Of a stretch of DNA of 64,000 nt, positions 45,261 to 55,909 are shown piece by piece (position 1 is the stretch's first letter; every line of letters starts with the position of its first letter). A program made the position numbers and the translations under genes. The stretch is from a virus. Its lineage: Duplodnaviria; Heunggongvirae; Uroviricota; Caudoviricetes. The stretch lies in IMG/VR virus record IMGVR_UViG_3300005836_000011, positions 1 through 64,000 of that record. One strand, written 5' to 3'. The notes under the pieces were generated by a model. The model did not search any database. It saw only the letters and a list, made by a program, of their open reading frames with translations, and was not told where the DNA came from.

Positions 45261-46091
45261 TTACGGTGTCCAGTCGACCAAGACGCCGACTTGAAGTGCA
45301 CCATCCCAACTCACATTGGCGAGTTTTTCTGCGCGGTAGATAACTTCGTTAGTTTCGTGATCGACCATTCCAGAGATCTCATCCGGACCCGCCAGAAGCT
45401 CAGAGAGACGCACCTGAACTGGGCCGGTGGCGAAGATCCAGTCATGACTTGAATCAGGACTCGCTTCACTCACAGGATCGGTGCCGATGTAGCCAGCCCC
45501 GATTACGACGCTGTTGCCCGTTAGCGTGGTGAGAACACCACTTCCGTTGTCGGAGAGGTTGGAGTCAAGTTGCGCGGCTACCGCTGGCGTTAGATGAATA
45601 ACGCCCCTCCGACCAGTAGCACCTATTGCGTTCTCTAGCGCACTAAGTGCAGCCGCTGGCCCACTCGCCGTAAGCGCAACGAGATCTGCATCCCCGAGAA
45701 ACTTATTATCGGGAAGACCTGGAACCCCCTGAGCGAGTGCCTTTTCGATTGCAAACGACTGTGTGGCTTCAAGAACTGCGTCAGCTCGCTTCGCCCAACC
45801 AGCAAGGTCATTAGCGATTCCGAGCGTGGAACAGAGTCCAGAAACGTAGATCACGAAGCTATCGAAGCCTTCGATCGGAACATCGCCAGACTCATCTTCC
45901 TTCGTTCTATACGTACCAGCAGAGCAGGCATCCCAGAGCGAGGGAAGACCATCTATGAAGCCCCACATATTGATGCCACCCTCCCAGCGTCCTCCGCTTT
46001 GGAGAACACCGGGAGTGGCGAGCAGATTATGAAGGGGGGCCGACGGGGTTGGCCCGTCGACCCTGATCCTTCCTACGGCGATTGAACTCAT
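45261..46091 (-). CDS. virion structural protein
   Basis: ORF track; lies between the capsid gene and the collagen-like gene. Confidence 0.45.
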   Translation of the reverse strand: MSSIAVGRIRVDGPTPSAPLHNLLATPGVLQSGGRWEGGINMWGFIDGLPSLWDACSAGTYRTKEDESGDVPIEGFDSFVIYVSGLCSTLGIANDLAGWAKRADAVLEATQSFAIEKALAQGVPGLPDNKFLGDADLVALTASGPAAALSALENAIGATGRRGVIHLTPAVAAQLDSNLSDNGSGVLTTLTGNSVVIGAGYIGTDPVSEASPDSSHDWIFATGPVQVRLSELLAGPDEISGMVDHETNEVIYRAEKLANVSWDGALQVGVLVDWTP

Positions 46092-46113
46092 GTTGAGCCT
46101 CCTCGCCTATGTC

Positions 46114-46773
46114 TTATGACGTTGCCGTGACAGCGGCCGATGCGCAGTCCGCAGTCGGCGGATCGACGTTGGTCTTCCACCAGCCACCTTCACTGATGTC
46201 CTGACCATCTGGCGGACCGTCCCCGTAAGGACCGTCGCCCCATTGCGAGTTCGTGCGCGAGAAGCCTTCCACCGTCGGGTTAGCGATTGCTTCCTCGAAG
46301 GTGTTGTCTCCCAGGCGCCACACGGTCTTTGGGAAGACCCAGTGGATCCAAGGATAGGTGCCGTCCTGTCCTGAACCGACGATGTGCTTCGTCCAGAACT
46401 CAAGTCCGACAGCAGGCTCAGCCTCGTCGCAGGCCAGTGCGCCAGCAAATGCCTGACCAACGACGTCGGCTCCATCCTCGATTGTTGGAGAACCAAGCAG
46501 CATGGACATCAACTCTGGCTCAAGAGCTGCCTGGGCGAGGGTGAACTCGAACCAGTTAAACGTGTTATTCGCCTTGAAGCGAGCGATGGAACAACCGCAG
46601 CCGTTACGGCTGGAGAAGGTTGCGCCATCCTCGATGTTGGGCCTCAGAGCAAGCGAAATGATGTTGTCTGAGACGTAGGAGTTGTTAGCTCCGGCAACTA
46701 CGTTCCCTGCCGCATCGACCACTGTCGCGCGGAGAGCGCAGATTCCGAAAGAAACACCACAATTAACAGCCAT
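46114..46773 (-). CDS. virion structural protein
   Basis: ORF track; immediately downstream of the capsid gene. Confidence 0.45.
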   Translation of the reverse strand: MAVNCGVSFGICALRATVVDAAGNVVAGANNSYVSDNIISLALRPNIEDGATFSSRNGCGCSIARFKANNTFNWFEFTLAQAALEPELMSMLLGSPTIEDGADVVGQAFAGALACDEAEPAVGLEFWTKHIVGSGQDGTYPWIHWVFPKTVWRLGDNTFEEAIANPTVEGFSRTNSQWGDGPYGDGPPDGQDISEGGWWKTNVDPPTADCASAAVTATS

Positions 46774-46879
46774 GTCTAGAGCACCTCCGGTGGCTCAGTG
46801 ACGGTACGGACGATGGAGAGGAGGCGGATATCGGTGATCTTTGTCTTCATCTCTATCCGCCTCTCTCCGTTGATTTCCC

Positions 46880-48619
46880 TTAGACCAGAGCCGGGAACTC
46901 GCCCGACGGTGTCACAGTGGAGGAGACCCACAACGCGGCCTGTGCTGGAGCGATGCGGATAACGTTCTCGAACTGCTCGCCGAAGATCTGGAAGTCGTTC
47001 GTCGAGTTGAGTGTCGAGTCACGGACGATCCCAAGATCAAGCGTTCCACCATCGAGATGGAGGAAGGCACCTTCGGGATAGAACGCGAACTGAATGACGC
47101 TTGGGAAGGCATCCACAGCGCCAGCACCCTGAGTGCCGAAGCCCTGCGATGTCCCACCAGCGACGTCGTCCAGGTAGTACGCGGCCGAGATGCCGTAGTT
47201 GTCAAGAATCGCAGCCAGCTGAGCCTGCGTCGAGAAACGAGCCTCGGCATCCTGCGTCTTGATCGTGTCCGAAACGAGCAGCTCAGGAACCCACGCGGGC
47301 ATAAGAACGCGGAAACGAGCGTCGCTCATGCGCAGGCGGTAACGCACTCCAGAGCGGAGTCGGACGATGACATCAACCAGGTCGGATAGGGCGCCAAGCA
47401 CCTGTGCCGACGTGACGTTGACAGACTGTGCCTTGATCTGAGACAGCAGATAGGACTCTGCTGTCCTCGCAAGAGCAGCCATTGTCAGGTCATTCTCGTG
47501 CGCGATCTTCTCAGGCCACGCGCGAGCATTGAGGTTTCCGTACTCGCGACAATGCGCTAGCACGGTCACCGTTGCGTCTCGATAGTCGGGACACGAGAGA
47601 TCCTGACAGGACTTCGTGTACGTCCCCGAGACATCCTCGTCGGCCGTAATGGTGGAGATGGCCTCGCTGATGTCTCCGATGATCGTCGCCTCGGGAACCG
47701 AGACGCCCCCGCGATCCGCCTGGAAGGACGGAAGCGCGTCGCGGACCGGTCGGGCGGTCACTGCGAAGTTCGGCATCGAATAGAATGGCTCGAGAGGAGC
47801 ACAGAGTCCACCGGAAGCGGTGAGCACCTTGTTCCCCTTCATGCCTGTGATGCCATCCGGAATGACGGCCTGGATTTTCTTTGCGTTTACATCTAGCTCA
47901 CCCGGCATGAGCCTCCGCTCGTCGGGATACGGGAAGTTCGCCTGCGCGATGAAGAAGCGCTGCTCGATCCCGTTCTCGCTCTTTGCGGGTGGGCCTAGCC
48001 GGCGGGCGACCGTACGCATCGCCTCGGCGAGCGACAGCCTGTCCAACGGCTGACCGCCCCTGATTCCATCAAGACCAGCGGCGGCAGTCAGAACTGCGGC
48101 CGGCTCGCTCGGGAGTCTGTTCGCGGATGGAGCAGGCGGTCGCCGAAGCTTGCGCTCTGCACGGTTTTGCACGACGTCGGCCGATGCGACAAGAACAGCC
48201 GTCTCTTCCTCGACCTCGTCCTTGCTCTCTACCTCGTCTTCGACCTCAGCGTCTTCTGTGGAGGCCTCAACAATTTCGGCCTCGTCCTCAGTTTTTGCCT
48301 CTTCGTCGATTTCATAGGCAGCCTCTTCGACCTCCTTGCTCTCCATGTGCTGCTTACGCCGCTCTGCAAGTGCTTCCTTGCGAGCCGCATACTCCTGCTC
48401 CTGCTCAACCCGACTGGCCTGCTCAGCAACGATCTGCTCGATCTGCTCGACGCCAGTCTCGAGGGCCATGAGAACCTCTTCAGGACTCATACCCTTCGTA
48501 AATTCCTCATCCTCAGACTCAATTAGCTCTGCGGTGATCTGATGCTCTTTTAGAAGATCAGCAAGCTCCTCGTCAGACAGTGAGGAGAAATCCTCTGGGA
48601 GCTCTGGGAAAAGATCCAT
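46880..48619 (-). CDS. major capsid protein (HK97-fold) with fused acidic scaffold-like N-terminal domain
   Basis: The N-terminal 170 aa are Glu/Asp-rich coiled-coil (scaffold/delta-like). The C-terminal 400 aa are of capsid-protein size. Sits after portal and protease. RBS aggag at -9. Confidence 0.65.
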   Translation of the reverse strand: MDLFPELPEDFSSLSDEELADLLKEHQITAELIESEDEEFTKGMSPEEVLMALETGVEQIEQIVAEQASRVEQEQEYAARKEALAERRKQHMESKEVEEAAYEIDEEAKTEDEAEIVEASTEDAEVEDEVESKDEVEEETAVLVASADVVQNRAERKLRRPPAPSANRLPSEPAAVLTAAAGLDGIRGGQPLDRLSLAEAMRTVARRLGPPAKSENGIEQRFFIAQANFPYPDERRLMPGELDVNAKKIQAVIPDGITGMKGNKVLTASGGLCAPLEPFYSMPNFAVTARPVRDALPSFQADRGGVSVPEATIIGDISEAISTITADEDVSGTYTKSCQDLSCPDYRDATVTVLAHCREYGNLNARAWPEKIAHENDLTMAALARTAESYLLSQIKAQSVNVTSAQVLGALSDLVDVIVRLRSGVRYRLRMSDARFRVLMPAWVPELLVSDTIKTQDAEARFSTQAQLAAILDNYGISAAYYLDDVAGGTSQGFGTQGAGAVDAFPSVIQFAFYPEGAFLHLDGGTLDLGIVRDSTLNSTNDFQIFGEQFENVIRIAPAQAALWVSSTVTPSGEFPALV

Positions 48620-48742
48620 GTTGGTAACTCCTGGTTTTTGAATGACTTAACCAAGGGAGTCCCCTGGACCCCTTTCCGAGCGCGCGACCTTCGTGCGCTA
48701 CTGAAAGCTAGTGTGAACTACCGCGCGGACATTGGGTAAGTT

Positions 48743-48754
48743 CTAGGAACCTAG
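48743..48754 (+). promoter_or_regulatory. CTAGGAACCTAG 12-mer copy
   Basis: Exact copy 125 bp upstream of the capsid start. Overlaps the stop of the 48751 gene. Confidence 0.5.
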
Positions 48755-49287
48755 ACAGCCGTCCAGTCAAGTTCGAGCGGATCAGAATCACCAATGTAAT
48801 TAAACGCGCGCCTTCGTTTGTTTTCTGTTCCGCTCGGAACATTGGAACCTTCGCTCCACTTCACGGAAAGTGTGTCGTCGGGATGCTCGACGATTGAAGG
48901 AACCGTTGCGAGCACGGTTTGACGAGTAAATTTCATCCACGATCCCACAACAGCATCATCAGATCGTGGATTCGGCAAACCCGGAAGCTTTGCGTCCTTC
49001 GACCACTCAAGAAATTCCTCAACCTTTGCGCGCGGCCAGAGAACGGCAACGACGGGAAGAAAGTCCTGAAACCAGATCGTGGAGTAACGATTGCCGTTGC
49101 GCGCAGCTTTCATATAGTGCTTCAGCGTCTTCGTTCTCGTGGCGCTTACGAACAGGCATACCGGAACATCTGGATGAACTTCAGCAATGACCTCTATCGC
49201 GGCAGCGAAGTTCTGACAGACGACGGCGTCGTCTTGGATGACGACCGCGTGCGAGTCCGATGTCTCGAGGGCTGTCTGTAAACACAA
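48751..49287 (-). CDS. putative glycosyltransferase-like protein
   Basis: VVIQDDAVVC acidic motif. Low-confidence call. Confidence 0.3.
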   Translation of the reverse strand: MCLQTALETSDSHAVVIQDDAVVCQNFAAAIEVIAEVHPDVPVCLFVSATRTKTLKHYMKAARNGNRYSTIWFQDFLPVVAVLWPRAKVEEFLEWSKDAKLPGLPNPRSDDAVVGSWMKFTRQTVLATVPSIVEHPDDTLSVKWSEGSNVPSGTENKRRRAFNYIGDSDPLELDWTAV

Positions 49288-49417
49288 GCGATAACCGCGC
49301 CAGGGACTCGGCGGAGGAGATCCATCGTCCTCGACCGTTACCGCTGGCGGGATATCCGCTAGAAGCCGTTGTCGAAGCTCCGCTCGACTAGGGACGCTCT
49401 GTACAACGTAAAGCAGA

Positions 49418-49906
49418 TCAACTCGCTACAATATAGCCACTAGCAGCACCGATGACATAGGTCGTCGTAGCTGGGATCAGATAGTTCCCGTTCACATCTC
49501 GTAGATCCCAAGCACAGACAGGAACAAGCGTGGTGTCTGTACCGCTAGTGGTATCGGGGTCATACGCTAGAACGGCCTTAGCCCAGGTTGCTCCTGCTCC
49601 AATTGCTGTGAACGTCTGATTCGGGAAGGAGAGAGTCGTCGTATGGGCGGCGCTATCAATTACAGGAGCGGAAACGTCCGCGTCGGTCAGGACCTTACGC
49701 GCATAGTTGGCATTCGCAACCTCATCATTGGTTGCCGCAAGTAGCGTTGAGATCAAGGCATATGTGCGCAAGACGGAATCTACTTCCAATCCGGCCAAGG
49801 CAAGTACTAAGAGAACGAACCCAGCGTTCGTCGGATCGTTGTCGTTCACTCGGTTGTGGAATTCAACCTCGCGTCCAAGAGCAATATCGAAAGAGAAGTT
49901 CGCCAC
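49418..49906 (-). CDS. hypothetical head-associated protein
   Basis: ORF track; between the protease and capsid genes. Confidence 0.4.
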   Translation of the reverse strand: MANFSFDIALGREVEFHNRVNDNDPTNAGFVLLVLALAGLEVDSVLRTYALISTLLAATNDEVANANYARKVLTDADVSAPVIDSAAHTTTLSFPNQTFTAIGAGATWAKAVLAYDPDTTSGTDTTLVPVCAWDLRDVNGNYLIPATTTYVIGAASGYIVAS

Positions 49907-50061
49907 TACTGCACCGCCGGAAGCTCAATGGTGACTGTTTCTCCACTAGTACTCACTGACATGGGCTGAACGGAACTCTGAATCGAGACAGGTGGAAGAT
50001 CAATATGCACAGGTGGATTAGTAACTGTGATAACGAGCGGAAGTACGATCGTCTTCGACAT

Positions 50062-51885
50062 CTACTTATAGTCGTCGAAAATCTTTCCGTTACAACGGAG
50101 CGATCGCACGCGCTTCTTGATGTGAGCGACAGCTGCAGCCTGATCCTTGGCCCTGCCTTGAGCATGAATGGCGTTTTCAGCATCAGCGCAGTTTGCAATC
50201 GGGAAGCTTCCATCAGGCATCGCCTGGCCCGATTTCGCCATTCTCTTGCGATCCTCTTCGCTATAGGCGAGCTCAAGTGAAGCGACAGCACGTCTTTCAA
50301 CGAGTTCTTGCATTCGCCGGCGGTAAGTCGGGACATCCATCGGGATGTATTCATCCTCGAGTTTGTATTCCTCGCTATAGCCACTTGCGATGAGCGTCTT
50401 AACCTCTTCCTCGCCATTCTCCGCGCTCGCAATCAGCGCTTCGATACGAGGGATCGGGAACCCTGGAACGGGGACGGATAGTACGGCTACCAATTCATCC
50501 TCTCTCCAGTCACCAGACGGCGGGTTGGCCCGTAGATCACGCACTTTCTCTGCCGGAGCGTCCGAACGAACAACTCCGGAGAGCCAAATGCCGTTTTTCC
50601 CATCTTCTGCACGAACGAAAGCGGCAACACAGCCTGTCTTGTCATAGTGCTCCATCGCACCAGGTCGACCTAGAACGACTGAGGCATGTCCACCCTTTGC
50701 ATTTCCACCCTGACCCACAGTGATGCGACCGACTGGAATGAGATCACCCTCTGCAGTCTCGATCTCACCCACATGGAAGTACGAATATCCACTGCGCGAG
50801 CGTGGGGCGCGCTCACAGCTCGCAAAAGCGGGGTGACATTGGTTCCAGAGCGCCAAATGTCCATACACGTGACCATCCGAGGTCACAGTCAGTGGCGTGG
50901 GCGTATCCGGCTCCTCCGTATAGAACCAGTCCTTCGGTGGCTCGAGGGGTGCAGCACCTGCAGCCGCGGCAGTAAGCACATCCTTGGGCTTCATTCGGAA
51001 CCCATATGCCGACGCAACGAGCGCATGGCCTGGAACGAGGACGATTGATGCTTGCTCGAAGGCTGGAATGGACACGATGGTTAGTGCGGCGATCTTTCCA
51101 CCGATACCGATGAGATAAGAGCCTTCCATCAATGCCTGGAAGTCGATCTCCTCCTCAGGAACCTCTTTGAGCGTTTCGGGGTCAAAAGCAGCAATACGAT
51201 CCGGCGGCATGTCAATGGACACTCCAGCACCGTTTTCCATCATGCGCTCAGCATCCTGCGCAAATTTCGATGTATCAAAGGTTCCTGTCGCCCATACGAT
51301 GACTGCTTCGTCTCGCACGTCCATGAGATTGAATTCGTTGCGCTGCGCAAAATCTGCGATAGGGATATAGTCGATCGACTCAATACGTCCGCAGCTCTCG
51401 GCTCCCATATGTCCCTGCTCTGTTGCTGTTTGCACCATGACTGGGATGGGCAAGTCGCGATTACTGATCTCGTCCGGAATGAGATAGCGACCATCACTGG
51501 TGGGTGAACCGATAACAGCGAGCACTCCCTCGAAGGCGGGTCCACGCTCAGCCGTATCAGTCCCACCTGGCGTGACCTGGAAGCTTCCGAGGGGATTGGT
51601 CACATAGTTCCAAGTTGTGGTGACCCCGGACGCGCTAGGCAGGAACCAGTATGTGGTTGGCACGGTCACTGTCGTGTTTGTTCCATCCATATTCATGATG
51701 GTAAAGGTAGCTCCTTCTACGGACGCTCCGTTTCTTCGAGCCTCTTCTGCGTAGAGCGCACTTTGTTGCTTACGTGCCCCTTCCTTCGAATCGTGACAAC
51801 CAAGCGATCGTCCACTAGCACGATTATTTACTTCACGATGGACGCACCATTGGTTTCCTTTCTTAACGACGACGTACGGCATCAC
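50062..51885 (-). CDS. capsid maturation protease-like protein with extra N- and C-terminal domains
   Basis: Position between portal and capsid. DGHVYGHLALWNQCH matches a prohead-protease-like His motif. The N-terminal MMPYVVVKKGNQWCVHR domain is DUF2188-like. GTG-ATG start with RBS ggagg. Confidence 0.5.
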   Translation of the reverse strand: MMPYVVVKKGNQWCVHREVNNRASGRSLGCHDSKEGARKQQSALYAEEARRNGASVEGATFTIMNMDGTNTTVTVPTTYWFLPSASGVTTTWNYVTNPLGSFQVTPGGTDTAERGPAFEGVLAVIGSPTSDGRYLIPDEISNRDLPIPVMVQTATEQGHMGAESCGRIESIDYIPIADFAQRNEFNLMDVRDEAVIVWATGTFDTSKFAQDAERMMENGAGVSIDMPPDRIAAFDPETLKEVPEEEIDFQALMEGSYLIGIGGKIAALTIVSIPAFEQASIVLVPGHALVASAYGFRMKPKDVLTAAAAGAAPLEPPKDWFYTEEPDTPTPLTVTSDGHVYGHLALWNQCHPAFASCERAPRSRSGYSYFHVGEIETAEGDLIPVGRITVGQGGNAKGGHASVVLGRPGAMEHYDKTGCVAAFVRAEDGKNGIWLSGVVRSDAPAEKVRDLRANPPSGDWREDELVAVLSVPVPGFPIPRIEALIASAENGEEEVKTLIASGYSEEYKLEDEYIPMDVPTYRRRMQELVERRAVASLELAYSEEDRKRMAKSGQAMPDGSFPIANCADAENAIHAQGRAKDQAAAVAHIKKRVRSLRCNGKIFDDYK

Positions 51886-53663
51886 GCTGCCTCCTTCATT
51901 TCAAGGTGCCCTGAAAAATGGGGAGGCACCTGCGGAAACTCGACGTTATACAGCGTGCGTGCGGCGAGTACTTCGATCATCTCTCCGACTGCATTGGCTG
52001 ATTCATCCGAGTATCCCTTGACTTTGAGAAGCGAACGCAGGTTGTCCGCTCCGCCCGCAACGAGTGCGAGCGCATTTGACAGACCCATCTCTTTCAAGAT
52101 CGTCTTTCCCAAGGCAGGAGCCACTTGCGCATAAGGCTCAGCCGCAACAGATGCGATGCGATCTGGGAACTGCTTTGCTTTCTGATGAATGCGAATGCCG
52201 GCCAGTTCTCTACAACGCATGAGCGCCAATTCAAACGCAGCGAACTCTCCATCAATAGATGCCGTTACCCTAGTCTTTCGGCCGGAGTCACCTTCGGGAC
52301 CCGGCAATGGGGGGCCTTGTTCGGCGACCTGCTGAGGCGGTGGTGCTATCTGCCCTCCATGCAGAAGTGATGGATCGCGCATCTTGACTGCAAGCCATAG
52401 ATCTTTCTCTTCCTCGCTTGGCTTGAAGTCCTTTGGAATATCTTTCATGGCTCTATAGCCATCATCAGAGATCTGACCACGATCCCATGCCTTGTCTGCA
52501 TCGTCGGAGCGGTCAGGTTTCATCACAACACCGGAGTCGTCATATGTCACAACGACAGATTCCCAATCGGCAAATCCCGCTTCGAGCAGAGCTGGCCGTA
52601 GATAGCTCGCGGTGATGTCATCACAGAACTGCTGAGCGATCGGCGCTCCATGCGACTTCCACATATCGAGCAAAATCTGCAAAGCGGCCCAATGGTTCGT
52701 ATGCCCGAGGCCAAGGAGCGCCTCGGGCGGAAAGTCAATGCCGCGCGCAATGCGTTCAACCGCTTCTTTGCGTAGCGCAGATTCCATGTAGTCGTTCTGG
52801 GGATCATGCATCTGCACCCAGCGAATGCGGTCGATGTAATCGTAAGCTGCTTCGAGTAGCCACGGGGCCACTGCGGCAGGTGACCCCGCGTTCTCTACCT
52901 GCGCTTCTAGGTGGCGGCCTAGATCCGAGATAAGACCCTGATCTTCAACTGAGTCGTCCGCCGTCTCCGCCTCTGGGGGACTGATCTCTGCCGGAATCAG
53001 CAACATGCCGCTCGTTGCACGCGTAGTCGCGGTGGACAAGACAGCGGTCGTGAGCTTAATGAGTTCCTCTGCTACATGTCCCTCAACGATCGGTCGCATT
53101 GGTGAATCCGCTTCACCTGTACGTCGGGGATGTGGGGTCCAGAAGCGATAGACGACAGCTTCATCCGGACCATACTCATGCTTCTCCCCAACAACTGGCT
53201 CCCAGGTGATCTTCTTAATTCGCATTCCATCGCGTTCGACATCCAGTTCGTCGTTCCAAACGAAAAGCCACGTCTCATCGGCTGAACCTAAGTCGTAGCC
53301 AAAAAGATTTCCTTCTCCCGTCGCGAACATCAGCCTGCCATAGTTGCTGAGGATCTGCGAATGTCGACCTCCCGGATCGCGAACCTGATTGAGAAGATCA
53401 ACTGGTGGTCCACTCGTAATCGGCTTCAGCTCTCCTTGGTCATCCAGATTTGCCGGAAAGAGCCGTATCTGCTTGAGCGTCCTGGAATAGAAACGTGATG
53501 CATAGTTCAGTTCCGGAACAAGGTCGATATAACGCAGCGCACGTCCCTGCCAGGACATGCTTTGGCGATCTTTATAGCCGCTATCTAGCGTATCGCCGCT
53601 CCCCAACTGGACAGCAGACGAGGTAAGAACACGCCTACGCCGTGCTCGAAGTGGGAGCGTCAA
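51882..53663 (-). CDS. portal protein
   Basis: 593 aa; located between TerL and the protease. Overlaps the protease start by 4 nt. Confidence 0.6.
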   Translation of the reverse strand: MTLPLRARRRRVLTSSAVQLGSGDTLDSGYKDRQSMSWQGRALRYIDLVPELNYASRFYSRTLKQIRLFPANLDDQGELKPITSGPPVDLLNQVRDPGGRHSQILSNYGRLMFATGEGNLFGYDLGSADETWLFVWNDELDVERDGMRIKKITWEPVVGEKHEYGPDEAVVYRFWTPHPRRTGEADSPMRPIVEGHVAEELIKLTTAVLSTATTRATSGMLLIPAEISPPEAETADDSVEDQGLISDLGRHLEAQVENAGSPAAVAPWLLEAAYDYIDRIRWVQMHDPQNDYMESALRKEAVERIARGIDFPPEALLGLGHTNHWAALQILLDMWKSHGAPIAQQFCDDITASYLRPALLEAGFADWESVVVTYDDSGVVMKPDRSDDADKAWDRGQISDDGYRAMKDIPKDFKPSEEEKDLWLAVKMRDPSLLHGGQIAPPPQQVAEQGPPLPGPEGDSGRKTRVTASIDGEFAAFELALMRCRELAGIRIHQKAKQFPDRIASVAAEPYAQVAPALGKTILKEMGLSNALALVAGGADNLRSLLKVKGYSDESANAVGEMIEVLAARTLYNVEFPQVPPHFSGHLEMKEAA

Positions 53664-53815
53664 TGTGACTAACCTGTCTTTTCCGGAGGTGGTGCCTTCG
53701 GAGCCTTAGGAACCCTGGGCAGTCTCTTACCCTTTTTACATCCGCAGGGGATCTTAATCGCCTCCTTATTTGCTCAGCGCTGAACGAAAGAGTAGGGACT
53801 AGTTCGGTCGTTACG

Positions 53816-54169
53816 TCATTCTGCAGGATCTAGCTTCGAACGAATGACCCCAACGACGCACGAAATAGCGAACCAAACACCGATGGCGGTAACGACTTGG
53901 CTCGAAGAGTGGGGGTGATCGCCAACCGTAAACATCCATCCCACATATACGAGAAGGCTTATCCAGAAGCCCATACACCATGCGCACGTTAGAAACGCTG
54001 CGAGAGAAGCTCGATAGGTGAGTGGAACAGGATCATTGTCTTCCCATGTCTGCGGAAGACGAACGATAAAACGGCGAGGGCGTTCAAGAATCTCATCCTC
54101 GGCAAGTAGACGCCACAGGCGATATGCCACGAGCGAAAGCAGGATGAATTGATAAATCGGAGGGATCAT
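53816..54169 (-). CDS. membrane protein (3 TM helices)
   Basis: ORF track; hydrophobic helices. First gene of the cassette between TerL and portal. Confidence 0.45.
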   Translation of the reverse strand: MIPPIYQFILLSLVAYRLWRLLAEDEILERPRRFIVRLPQTWEDNDPVPLTYRASLAAFLTCAWCMGFWISLLVYVGWMFTVGDHPHSSSQVVTAIGVWFAISCVVGVIRSKLDPAE

Positions 54170-54669
54170 TCTAAGTTCCTAAAGACTGCCAGAGATTCTG
54201 TGACCTCTACGTTCTCTACGTTCGTAACGGCAGCCAAACCACTTGTGACACCGAAGCGGCCATAATCGTGAAAGGCTATCCAACCTCCGGGCTTCACGAG
54301 ATCATGCGCGATTGCGTAGTGGCGTATGACTGAATCCTCGTCATGGGCGGCGTCGATGAACGCTCCATCGAAGTCGATGGGAAGCTCGTGGACGACTTCT
54401 TCAAACTTACCCACGATCGTGATGACGTTTGCGATCCCGTAGCGGTCGAGGTTGTAGTGATAAACACCAAGGGTTGGCTTAGCGCCAGCGTGAAAATCCC
54501 CTTGGTGCCAATCCACTGCCCACACCTTCTCGGCAACAGACGCTAAGCAGATCGTAGAACGTCCCCATTGCGATCCAACCTCCAGCACCTTTTGTCCCTG
54601 CGCCAGTTCTGCGAGCTTCTCACATTCTGCCTTCTCGACCGAAGAAGGAATCTCAGCCGCAAAGATCAT
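54166..54669 (-). CDS. class I SAM-dependent methyltransferase
   Basis: VLEVGSQWGRST motif-I-like sequence and ...WIAFHDY. Confidence 0.55.
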   Translation of the reverse strand: MIFAAEIPSSVEKAECEKLAELAQGQKVLEVGSQWGRSTICLASVAEKVWAVDWHQGDFHAGAKPTLGVYHYNLDRYGIANVITIVGKFEEVVHELPIDFDGAFIDAAHDEDSVIRHYAIAHDLVKPGGWIAFHDYGRFGVTSGLAAVTNVENVEVTESLAVFRNLE

Positions 54670-55304
54670 ATTTTCATCCCCCGATCCGCCCAGCTACGAA
54701 TGTAGTACTCATCATCTGGACTTTCAAATGCAATTGGCTGAATACATGGACTCTTCACGCGCGCCCAGGTATATCCCATTCTCCGGACGGCGGGAGAAAA
54801 GAGCGAGTCTTCGGTATAGCCCCTCCCATGAGCCTCGGCGAGTTCTGGCCAGGGGCGCTCGTCGTAGCGCAAGCCAGCATCCCATAGTTCTCGGCGAATA
54901 ACACAGTTTCCCCCAACATTCTGCGGGGAAATGCGTCCCTTGCCACACTCCTCCTCCGAAGTGCGTAGTCCTACCTGTCCAATCTTCTGTGTGCGGAATG
55001 TGCGCTCAACTTCCTCGCACCAGCCGGGAAGGAAGATGAAATCGTTATCTGCGCGGTGCAGGAAATCGGCGTCCATAGGAGCGCGCTCCCAGCCGTGATT
55101 AGTGGCAAATCCCGGATAGTGATTGCGCGTAAGCGCAATGTACGGATGATCCCATGTATTGAGCCACTCTTTTGTCCCGTCACCAGAACCGTTGTCGATG
55201 ACGAGATAGGTGAAAGGGACGGTTACGGTATCGAGGTAGGAAGCAATAGCTCGTTCAGTGAGTTCCCGCCGGTTGTAGGTAATGAAGACGGTGTGGATCT
55301 TCAT
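54666..55304 (-). CDS. GT2-family glycosyltransferase
   Basis: FITYNRRE...LVIDNGSGDGT...ADNDF. Confidence 0.65.
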   Translation of the reverse strand: MKIHTVFITYNRRELTERAIASYLDTVTVPFTYLVIDNGSGDGTKEWLNTWDHPYIALTRNHYPGFATNHGWERAPMDADFLHRADNDFIFLPGWCEEVERTFRTQKIGQVGLRTSEEECGKGRISPQNVGGNCVIRRELWDAGLRYDERPWPELAEAHGRGYTEDSLFSPAVRRMGYTWARVKSPCIQPIAFESPDDEYYIRSWADRGMKI

Positions 55305-55909
55305 GCCAAAACATCCGCGCGCGCAATCTCATATGCCTTCATGTACTCAGGGTGATCGCGTTGCAGCACATGATGCTTGGACTCCTCATTGTAGTGAGCC
55401 ACATAAATCGCTTTTGGCACCTTCACAATACGCGCTCCTGCGCGTACGCAGCGTGCCCAGTAGTTCCAGTCCTCGAGTCCATGTGGATGTTCACGAAACC
55501 CTCCAATCTTTCGATGCAATGCAGCCGGAACAACAGTTCCAATGATAAGCCAGTTGCCTGTTTCAAATGAGCATTCCGGGAAGAAGAACGCACGTCTCGA
55601 TTTTCCTCTCCGTATCTGTTGTACCGCCGGCGTTAGAAGAAGCGATCCACCCCCTTCTCGCTCGCTCGCTCGCTCTATAGCCTCCACAAACCCAGGAGCT
55701 AGTTCATCGTCAGCGTCGAGAAAACAGAGCCAGTCTCCTTTTGCTTTTGCAGCAAGTTCGTTCCGCGCAGAAGCAATCGTTCCATTGGGATCATGACCAA
55801 CAAGAATCTCTTCACAGGTAAAATTAATCACCGAGCGGAGCGCGCGCCGTCGAGCAAGTTTCTCCCAGTCTTCACTACCATAGGTTGCAATCAAAATCGA
55901 GAGCTTCAT
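55301..55909 (-). CDS. GT2-family glycosyltransferase
   Basis: ILIATYGSE...LCFLDADDEL. Confidence 0.65.
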   Translation of the reverse strand: MKLSILIATYGSEDWEKLARRRALRSVINFTCEEILVGHDPNGTIASARNELAAKAKGDWLCFLDADDELAPGFVEAIERASEREGGGSLLLTPAVQQIRRGKSRRAFFFPECSFETGNWLIIGTVVPAALHRKIGGFREHPHGLEDWNYWARCVRAGARIVKVPKAIYVAHYNEESKHHVLQRDHPEYMKAYEIARADVLA

